This document shows positions 53,970-64,000 of a stretch of 64,000 nt of DNA, in pieces. The stretch is from Eledone cirrhosa (taxonomy: Eukaryota). The stretch is from the NCBI GenBank assembly GCA_964016885.1, contig OZ024744.1, positions 104,966,001 to 105,030,000 on the forward strand. The letters run 5' to 3'. Position 1 is the first letter of the stretch; every line of letters starts with the position of its first letter. The position numbers were made by a program, and so were the translations under genes. Below the pieces are notes generated by a model. That model was not told the origin of the DNA. It ran no database searches and worked only from the letters and a program-made list of their open reading frames with translations.

Positions 53970-55725
53970 GAAACCAGAAGAGAATGCTTAGATGAGATGT
54001 GTGAGGGTAGAAACTAGCAGAATAGGATTTACGATTACACTTAGGGACATCAAAAGTAAATGGATGATACCTAGCCACCAATCTTATGCACCATTTAAAT
54101 TCATGGAGATGAGACAACAAAGAGGAAAGCCCATCAGAAGAATTCACAGGAAAATATTTATGAAAAAGGCACAGAAAGGTCTTATTTCAATGGTGTGATA
54201 GTGATAAGTCAAGGGACCGATAATATTGACAATTCTTCTTTGGATCTTATCTAGACTCTCAAGGTGTGTAACAGAAGCACTAGATCTGATGTGGCAACAG
54301 TATTCAATACAAGGATTAGCAGATTTATATAGATATCAGATATTTTCAGGTATGATAAACTTTTTTGGAACAATAGATCAAACCAATGTTCTGGGTAGCT
54401 GACTTGGCAATCAATGTGACATAATCATTCCAGCTGAAATCATTGGAAAATATCAAGGAGTTGCTCTCTTGGAGGATATGATCAGCAATACTATAACAAA
54501 AGGAGTGTGAAATGCATATTTATACTTTTCAGTAATTACGGATGAGTTGGAAGAGTTGAAACATTTACCAACACTTGTTGTATCACATATAAAAGTACAA
54601 TTTAATCCTTGTAAAATAAGGCTTCAAGGAAAGACCTTTATCCGTGGTGATTCTTCCTAAATACTTGCAACAACAGGCTTCTAATATTCATATATAAATA
54701 ATTATGCCTTCAACACTCGATACATTATATAAACATTTATTGTTTGTAGGCCAAATATATATACACACACGAGGATATCAATATAAAAAGTAGTAACTAG
54801 CCATACATTTGCTAAGTTAGCCAGAGCTAGAAAGAAACTTCCTAGAACAATGCAGGAAATAATCAATACATCTTTGTTGATAATATTCGGTACCTCTTAT
54901 AGGAAAATATGAAGAACATGGTAGGAAATATCCAGTAGTACTTCTTCATAGGAAATATGAAGAACATGGGAGGAACTGTTCAGTAGTACGTCTTCTCATA
55001 TTGGCGGCCAGGAATTCTCTCTGGTGAACCCAGTTTACTAGACCAGAAGTAACAGTGTATTCATGCGCGACTTACACGATTGGTCTACCTATTGCGCATG
55101 AAAGATTGTTATTGTGAGGTATGAAGTAATGTGGCTACAATACTAATGGAAGGCAAACGTGATTCTCTATGGTGACTAAAAGATGGCAGTTTAGTCGTAG
55201 ATGCATTAAAGGTAACAAGCCATTTCTTGCTCCAGTCAACGACAGATCAAGACCAGCTCTCAATCCAACTTTATCAGACATATCAGACTTACCATTAAGA
55301 CAAGAATAGAGAGTTGTGTCATCAGTATACTAAGCTGGGAAGATGAATGATGAATGATGAACCTTAGAACAGTATAGGACCCAGGTTAGAGCCCTGAGGA
55401 ACCCTTGCATTAATGTGCAAAGACCTAGAATATTAGTCATTCAAGACAACTTTCAGTTTGTGATTTGATAAGAAAAACTCGAATAGTTTGAAAATTCGTC
55501 CAGAAACAAGAAAACCCTTCAACTTATGAAAGAGACCAATATGCCGAACCCTGTGAAAAACCTTAGAAATATCTAACGCTAGAACCCTAGCTTCACTAGA
55601 TTTATCTAAAGCATGACACATTCTCTTGGCAATAATTGTTAAGACATGAACAGGTGATCACGATAAGCAAAAGCTATATTGTTTATCTGAAATAAAACCT
55701 TGTGAGGTAAGTTAATTAAAGTCTG
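53970..55725 (-). mobile_element. Decayed CR1/L2/Jockey-group LINE RT relic (not RTE), interrupted at ~54560-55200
   Basis: Minus-strand peptides ARVLALDISKVFHRVRHIGLFHKL, VPQGSNLGPILF, YTDDTT, YKSANPCIEYCCHI, LESLDKIQRRIVNIIGP and SFYPHTSHL. Confidence 0.78.
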
Positions 55726-55729
55726 TTCT

Positions 55730-55990
55730 AAGCCAAAGGCTTATCAGACCAGTGTTTATCCCGTTTCCTTGGCGAAAAGCAACTGAGAGTAGAAGGCTCT
55801 CCCTGGACAGGAGACTGGTCTATTACAGGTATAACTCCCCAGCTACTGCTGGTACTCACTTTCAGCTGAGTGTACTGGAGTAATGTGAAATAAAGTATTT
55901 TGCTCAAAAACACACATCATAGCAGCCTGTCCAGGAATCAAACCGACAACATTACAATCAAAATCATTAGGGCGTGCACCTAAATCAATA
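55730..55990 (-). mobile_element. tRNA/CORE-type SINE, family B
   Basis: CAGCTGAGTGTACTGGAGTAATGTGAAATAAAGTATTTTGCTCAAAAACACAC is the reverse complement of the core of the SINE at 63153; the minus strand has a B-box-like GGTTTGATTCC. Confidence 0.7.
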
Positions 55991-56016
55991 TCATTATTCA
56001 ATTTTCAAGCCTAGTT

Positions 56017-57386
<1,370 letters not shown>

Positions 57387-58491
57387 TATATATATATATA
57401 TATTAAATGGATATATATATATTAAACGGATATTAAACCATTGAAAATTCCCGCAGTTAAACAACTCTAATCCATAAATATGGATTAAATAACACTAATT
57501 TACAATCCATTACTATAACAAACATTCAATACAAATATATCTTAACTTATGTAATGGATGTGAAATCTGTAACTTTCATATTCTACACATACAAATTTGA
57601 ACTATACAGAAAATATCCTCGCATTGCACCCACCATAATACACTAACATATTCGCTTAAAGTGCTTGTATTTTATGTAATACTCTGCCATACAGTACTCA
57701 TATATGCCTGATACATTGGCTTGTTCCATTCTTTTATATATGAATAACGCATGTACTATCTCTTTAATTTAATTATTAGACTATTCTCTTGTATTATCTG
57801 TATTATCTGACGCATGTATTCCACCCTATGCTTTTAATTTTAATTTTAATCTTAATTTGAATTATTGTACAATTCTCGTATAATATAATATATGTCACAT
57901 CCATTCCACCCTGTAAACATGAAACTATTGTCCACAACATCAATATATATGTATCTGTATGATTCTTCAGTTGAATAGGAGGTTAATTATATGTACAAAC
58001 ATTGATAATGCTCCGAGAACTCCAAGCCTAAGTTTGGAAGAAACAATTGTCAGCGATTAAATATTTTAAACATAACTTTGATACTTGTGTATTCTATATT
58101 ACTGCTCTGTAAAACACCTGATGTTCTTACATTGAGCTATTTCTCTTACTGGTAATAAGGTAGTAATAAATGACTGACCTTTCCTGTTTATAGTTGTTTA
58201 TAGTATAGTATATACATACATAACTATAATATATATATATATAAACATATCATACATGTTTATATATATATATATATATACATATACATGTTTAAACACA
58301 CATACACTCAGACATATAACGACACTAATACACACACACTCCACTTTGTGTTCCAACTCATTACCAGAACTACCTAACAGTTATCTTGTTTTCAATCTTC
58401 ATTTCCGATTTTTTTTTGTCTTTACTGGACATGTTGAAACCTGATACATCAAACTTTCTTTCTTCTTTCCAATATAAAGCGTGAAACTAGA

Positions 58492-59121
58492 TCTCTGGGC
58501 AGGAAATGACAACGGGTTGGGTGGTGTAGGTATACTATTACATACTTATTGCAGAGGACTCTAACGGACATGTTGGTAAACACAGTTATGGCTTCTACAG
58601 AGTCCATGGCGGCTACGGGTTTGGCGTCAGAAATGAAGAAGGTTACAGGCTTCTAGAATTCTGTGATGTCAATGACCTGTTGATATCTAACACAAACTTC
58701 AAAAAACCTGACAAGCACCTGATCACCTATAGATCAGGGGAGCATTCTAGTCAAATAGATTTTATCTTGATCAGAGGACAAGATAGATGGATGGTTGTAA
58801 ACAGGAAAACCTTCTCAGGTGAGACCTCCCAACACAGCCTAGTAGTCAGCGATCTCACTGTCAGAGCTAGACAAACTTTGAAATAGAAGGCAACTTGAAG
58901 AAGAAAGATTTGGAAGCTGAAAGATCCCTCAGCCAGTAACAAATTTAGAGATATTTTACTTGACATTTTTGAGAGTAAAGAAGAACAGTTAAAGACATTC
59001 AATGAAGATGAGCAATGGGAGTTCCTAAAATATAACCTACTAAAGGTGACAGACGAGATCTGTGATTGGAGCAAGACTACAGGGAAAAGGAGAGTGACTT
59101 GGAGGTGGAACAATAAGGTAG
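58492..59121 (+). mobile_element. Decayed internal RTE fragment (endonuclease region) with an internal deletion
   Basis: LWAGNDNGLGGVGILL is joined to IAEDSNGHVG; also ISNTNFKKPDKHLITYRSGEHSSQIDFIL, IWKLKDPSASNKF and RVTWRWNNKV. Confidence 0.88.
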
Positions 59122-59189
59122 CTTCCAACAGAAATGGTTGCATTCTTTAAGGGTATGTCAATATTTATTTATAAAACTGATCTATATTA

Positions 59190-59254
59190 TATTTTATCTG
59201 ATGAAAGCGCACCATAATTTGACTTGGTGTCCTTGAAATATGTATAATGAAATA
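59190..59254 (+). ncRNA. Minimal type-I hammerhead ribozyme with intact catalytic core, predicted cleavage after AUA (59246)
   Basis: Stem I TATTTTAT/ATGAAATA; CTGATGA at 59198-59204; stem II AAGcGCACCA/TGGTGTcCTT; GAAA at 59235-59238; self-complementary stem III ATATGTAT; H=A. Confidence 0.68.
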
Positions 59255-59383
59255 AATATGGTTTTATAAATATAGTTTCCATTTGTTAATATATCGTATT
59301 TTTACTCCAATAATTTGTTGAGTGCTTTATATCAGTTATAAAAGTATTTGCTTGTTGTATCCCAACAATTTAAATATAACTTC

Positions 59384-59419
<36 letters not shown>

Positions 59420-59422
<3 letters not shown>

Positions 59423-62400
59423 TCATCATCATCATCATCATCATCATTTAACGTCCGTGTTCCACGCTTGCATGGGTTTGGACGGGAGTTTTCCCACTTG
59501 AGGCAAGAGTGGTTGTCTTGCTCGCATAGGACTGTCTGGCGGGTTTTCTACAGTTGGATGCCCTTCCTAACACCAACCACATTTACAGTGTGGGGCTGGG
59601 AGGTTTTTACCGTGTTGCCTACACGGCCACATTACAGCGTGGACTGTCTGGCGGGTTTTCTACAGCTGGATGCCCTTCCTAACACCAACCACATTTACAG
59701 TGTGGGGCTGGGAGGTTTTTACCGTGTTGCCTACACGGCCACATTTACAGCGTGGACTGTGTGTTTTTTTTTTGTCGTGACACCTACACGATCTCATTTG
59801 TTTCGGTCTGGATGGTGTGGCACCAACATAACTTTACATTGAAAGGGGCGGTGTGGATGGGGTGGGGTGGTGGGACGGGGGTGTATTTTGTTGGAGATGC
59901 CTACTGACTGTAGTAGGTTTTACTTTGTATTTAGGTAAGGCGGGTGTTCTCTATTACTGAGTACCGCCAAAGGTCTCGGTCCAGTGACATTGTCTTGGAG
60001 AGGTGTAAGTGTGTGAGGTCGGAATTTATCAGCTCGTCCCAGGTTTTTCTGGGTCTGCCTACTCCGTGGCTACCATCTATCTTTATTGCCCTGCACTTTG
60101 CTATACAGCTGTCATCTTTCATGCGCATCACGTGACCATACCAACGTAGCCTTCTCTCGAGTAAACAACATCTGATCCCTCTTATTTCTAATTTTTTCCT
60201 TAGTTCATTTATGCTTTGCCATTCACGTATATTACTATTACACATCCAGCGGAGCATGCAAGCTTCATTCCTCTCTAGTCTGCGTATATCCTCTGCACAC
60301 AATGCCCAGGTCTCACTGCCATGCAACATTGCTGTTCGTATGCAGGCATCATACAACCTGCCTTTCATTTTTAGGGAGAACCCTTTAGCGGCTAATAGTG
60401 GTATAAGCTCTCTGAACTTTTTCCATCCAGTTCTGACTCTAGCTACTGTACTTTCAGAGCACCCTCCCCCACTGCTGATTTTGTCACCCAGGTAACGGAA
60501 GCTGTCCACTATTTCTATAGAACCCTCTGCGCAATTGAAAGAGCTAGTATTTTGTGGGCACTTGCTGCTACTTATTGCACCAGAGCACCGGCGACATGTA
60601 AAATCTGTGTTCTTAGTTAGCTTACCTGTGATCCCACTACATCTTTTATGCACCCATACTTTGCATTTGGGACATAAAATGGAGTTTCTACCTACGCCTT
60701 TCCTACACACTGAGCATGGCCATTTCCCGGAAGGGACCGGCGCCTTATTTTCTTTCCTACAAACTAGAACTTTAGTCTTAGCCAGGTTAATTTTAAGGCC
60801 TTTTGATTCTAGGCCGTGCTTCCATGTTTGGAATTTCTTCTCTAGCTCGGCCATTGATTCAGCTATGAGCGTTAGATCATCTGCGTATAGGTGTTCCCAT
60901 GGGCAGCCGGTCTTGAACTCCTCTGTTATAGCCTGAAGGGCAATAATAAATAGTAGGGGGCTAAGAACAGAGCCCTGATGGACACCAACTTTTACGCTAA
61001 ACTCTTCACTGTTTCTTTATAAATGGCTTGTATAGATCTCACAAGCCATTCGTCAACACCTAGTTTTCTAACAGCCCACCAGATAATGGAACGGGGGACT
61101 CTGTCGAAGGCTTTCTCCAAGTCGACAAAGGCTAAGTATAGGGGTTTACTTTTAGCTAGGTACTTCTCCTGTAGTTGTCGTACAATGAAAAGAGCGTCTG
61201 TGGTACTTTTGCCTGACACAAACCCGAACTGCATTTCATCTAGATCGATTCTCTCTCTGATTAGTTGCACTATTACTTTTTCCGTGACCTTCATGACCTG
61301 GTCGATTAATTTAATCCCTCTATAGTTACTCCTATCTAGGGCGTCTCCTTTACCCTTGTAACAGTTAATGATGATGCTGCTACGCCAGTCCTTCGGAACA
61401 ACCCCATTCTGTATGACTTGGTTTACTATCCGGGTGACCATGGTGTGTCCCACCGTTCCAGAGGCCTTCAGCATCTCAGCAACTATTTCCGAAGGCCCAG
61501 CCGCCTTACCCGTCTTCATATCTTTGATTGCCTTACTTATTATACTACCTTCAACTAACACTGCTGGTCCCTCTATTGGATCGATCTGGGGGAGACTATC
61601 CTTCTCCCATTTATTCTCCTCATTTAGTAGCCTCTCGTAGTGACACTTCCAAGCGACCTTCTTATCAGCATCAGTGATGGCGAGTACGCCATCATCATTT
61701 AGTACACACTTCTCCCCAACAATATCACGGTTTTCCTTGACACATTGCCTAGCAATCCTGAACACCTCACGTTTTTGGTCCTCGCGTTGTAGAACATGCT
61801 TGAACTTTCTTTCCTCTGCTTCCCTTCTTGCGAAGTACACTTGTCTCCTAGCTTCCCTCCTGGCCACTTGATAGTCTTCTCTACTTCCCCCATCCCGCCA
61901 TACTTTCCAAGCCTGATTTTTGGCCTTAATCGATTCCTCCACCTTACTGTTCCACCACCATGTTACTCTCCTCCTGCCTATAGGCCTGCTCCGGCCACAG
62001 ACTTCGTCTGCCGCCATCAGCAGGTTTGCTTTCAGGAATTCCCACTGTTCCTCTATATTATCCGACTCTAAATGCTCTTCCTTACTGTCGAAAGCATCAA
62101 GTAATATGCTTTGAAATTTATTTCTGGCTGTGGGGTCCTTTAGCTTCCATATTTTTCTCCTGAGGAAAGTCCTCTTCTGCTGTCGAGTACGTCTCGTCCT
62201 GACTATGAGGTCGCTAATTATCAGTCTATGTTGGGAGGTGCATTCTTCATGGGGGAGGGATTTAGTGTTTACAACAGTCACTCTGTCACGTCTTCTGGTA
62301 AGGATATAATCTACCTGGCTGGTATGTTCCCCTGATCTGTAGGTGATCAAGTGATTGTCTCGTTTTTTGAAGTTAGTGTTACAGATTGTTAGGTTATTTG

Positions 62401-62935
62401 CGTCACAGAATTCCAGGATTCTGGAGCCTTCCTCATTTCTGGTACCAAACCCGTAGCCTCCATGGATTTCATCATAGCCGTCACAATGTTGTCCAACGTG
62501 ACCATTTAGGTCGCCAGCAATAATTATATAGTCACTGTCGGTTATTTGGGAGGTAGTGAGCATCAGTGTCTCATAGAAAGTGTCTTTTATAGTGCCAGGC
62601 AGTCCGGATTGGGGCGCGTACGCAGATATTATCGTCACAGTAGTTCTATTTAGAACAAGTCTTATTTTAATTATTCTGTCGTTCACTCTATTTACGCCTA
62701 TTATCTTATCCACCCATTTTTCTGCTAACAGGATTCCTACCCCACCCAGCCCATTGTCATTTCCCACCCAGAAAAGCTTATAGCATCGTTTTTTACCCAC
62801 AATGAATCTAGCAGACCCGCCTCTCCACCTGGTCTCTTGGATGCAAGCAGACATCAACCTCCTTACGTTCAAGCATTTCTACAACCTCGTTTGAGCGGCC
62901 TTTTAAGGTCCCTACATTCATGGTACAGGTCCCTA
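59420..62935 (-). mobile_element. Nearly full-ORF RTE-clade non-LTR retrotransposon with 3' UTR and (ATG)n tail, embedded in (TA)n
   Basis: APE endonuclease motifs (NVGTLKGRS, CIQETRW, SAYAPQ, AGDLNGHVG, QVDYIL, SQHRLII), RT motifs (FVDLEKAFDRVPR, HQGSVLSP, YADD at 60876-60887) and C-terminal RLRWYGHVMR...GRPRKTW. Single-ORF layout typical of RTE. Confidence 0.97.
59931..62935 (-). pseudogene. RTE ORF (endonuclease, reverse transcriptase, PHD-like finger) broken by frameshifts near 62848 and 61005
   Basis: Track ORFs 60992-62872 and 59931-60854 are two parts of one protein. The N-terminal NVGTLKGRSNEVVEMLERKEVDVC is in another frame upstream of CIQETRW. Confidence 0.9.
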
Positions 62936-63152
62936 TGTATATATATATATAAAGAGAGAGAGAGAGAGAGCATTAAAAAGATCAGAGGCCATATGCAGTT
63001 GAGTTTTCTTTATATCTCTGTGATACATATTTTAATGCTATATAATGCTCCAGCTTGTACCATTTATACAGGTCATTGAGCACTTCATTGTTGACTGAAA
63101 TGTGGTCTTCACATCCCTGATCGGTCAGTCCCACATTATAATACACATATAT

Positions 63153-63498
63153 GGAGGCACATGGCTTAGTGGTTAGAGCATTGGCCTTGCAATCGAAAGA
63201 TTGTGAGTTCAATTCTCAGACCGGGTGATGTGTTGTTTCCTTGAGCAAGAGACTTTATTTTACATTGCTCCAGTTTACTCAGCTGTAGAAATGAGATGCT
63301 AGGGACTGGGGTCCCTATTATTCCACTGCAAAGTGGTCGTGGAAGTGCCACATCAATAAAGCACCCAGTACTCACTGTAAATGAGGTTGGTGTTAGGAAG
63401 GGCATCCAGCTGTAGAAATCAAGCCAGCATCAGTTCCCGTCCCACCCTTGCAAGCAGGGAAAAAGCGGATGTAAAATGAAATGATGATGAAATGATGA
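63153..63498 (+). mobile_element. Complete tRNA-head, CORE-like SINE (family B) with an RTE-shared 3' block and (ATG)n tail
   Basis: A box TGGCTTAGTGG, B box GAGTTCAATTC, CORE-like CCTTGAGCAAGAGACTT...CAGCTGTAGAAATGAG, then CACTGTAAATGAGGTTGGTGTTAGGAAGGGCATCCAGCTGTAGAAATCAAGCC as in the RTE 3' UTR at 40305-40360. Confidence 0.85.
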
Positions 63499-63510
63499 TA
63501 TATATATATA

Positions 63511-63633
63511 TGAAATCAAGCCATAATCATTTCTGTATGAGCAAGACATGGTCACCTGACCTGGCATTGCCCACAACAGGAGAACTCATCTAACCCATGC
63601 TAGCATGGAATGTAAAACAGTGATGATGATGAT
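63511..63633 (+). mobile_element. Short RTE 3'-end insertion within (TA)n
   Basis: GAAATCAAGCC...GAGCAAGACATGGTCA...AACCCATGCTAGCATGGAA...GTGATGATGATG is the reverse complement of 40194-40318. Confidence 0.8.
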
Positions 63634-64000
63634 ATATAAATATGCGATATATATATATATATGCAAGAAAAACCACAAACCCTCCATTTCTATTCTACTT
63701 TTGAAAAGCATAAGAACTGTGAAACTGGTAAAGGGAATAAATAAATATTCTTAAACAGACTCCAGTTGCATTTTCGATTTTTTCTTCTTATACTTTCACC
63801 TGTGCAGGACATCTCATTTTTTTTTTTATTAAATATAAATATACATATCTAAATAGCCACAAAGAAATATGTAATCAAGGGGTTTATATACCTTATCACT
63901 TGTAGTAGTATTATTGTCATGGAAGTACTAATTTTCATATAATTAGCACTCATGTTGGTAGTTAATTAAGATGTATATCAATTGCTCAACGTTTTGTTGC

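Noticed and set aside
50763-55000. Small tandem duplications (14-bp x2 at ~50773, 13-bp x3 at ~51369, 23-bp GTATACCAT-based at ~53689, ~49-bp x2 at ~54895)
   Set aside because: Real but ordinary slippage products with no evidence of function.
59420-62935. Currently active autonomous LINE
   Set aside because: It has two frameshifts (near 62848 and 61005) and no visible 5' UTR; the copy is young but defective.
63153-63225. Functional tRNA gene (also considered at 44571 and 48857)
   Set aside because: A and B boxes are present but there is no complete cloverleaf, and the sequence continues into SINE body and tail.

Overview
AT-rich animal (eukaryotic) DNA made almost entirely of repeats; I see no host protein-coding gene. 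The SINE/LINE content and the (TA)n/(ATG)n landscape suggest a mollusc, probably an octopus (inference). Bases 1-15975 are a 16-bp satellite (GTTGTCATATAGTGTR) with nested higher-order repeats. Bases ~16232-39662 are one decayed minus-strand RTE-clade LINE in which a 69-bp (23-codon) piece of its own ORF has been amplified in place about 310 times (17700-39050); the LINE continues collinearly on both sides of the array. The long repetitive ORFs in the track are by-products of this array. From 39.7 kb onward the window holds further RTE copies (one nearly full-ORF at 59420-62935: APE endonuclease, RT, C4HC3 PHD-like finger), usually embedded in (TA)n, plus a CR1/Jockey-group LINE relic, two tRNA-derived SINE families and microsatellites. 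Less obvious structures are a family of minimal hammerhead-ribozyme motifs with covarying stem II (48.05, 48.45 and 59.2 kb; a degenerate second type at 49.4 kb), a spacerless 406-bp palindrome (48493-48898) and a pre-miRNA-like hairpin (51.04-51.11 kb). All alignments were done by eye and element boundaries are approximate.
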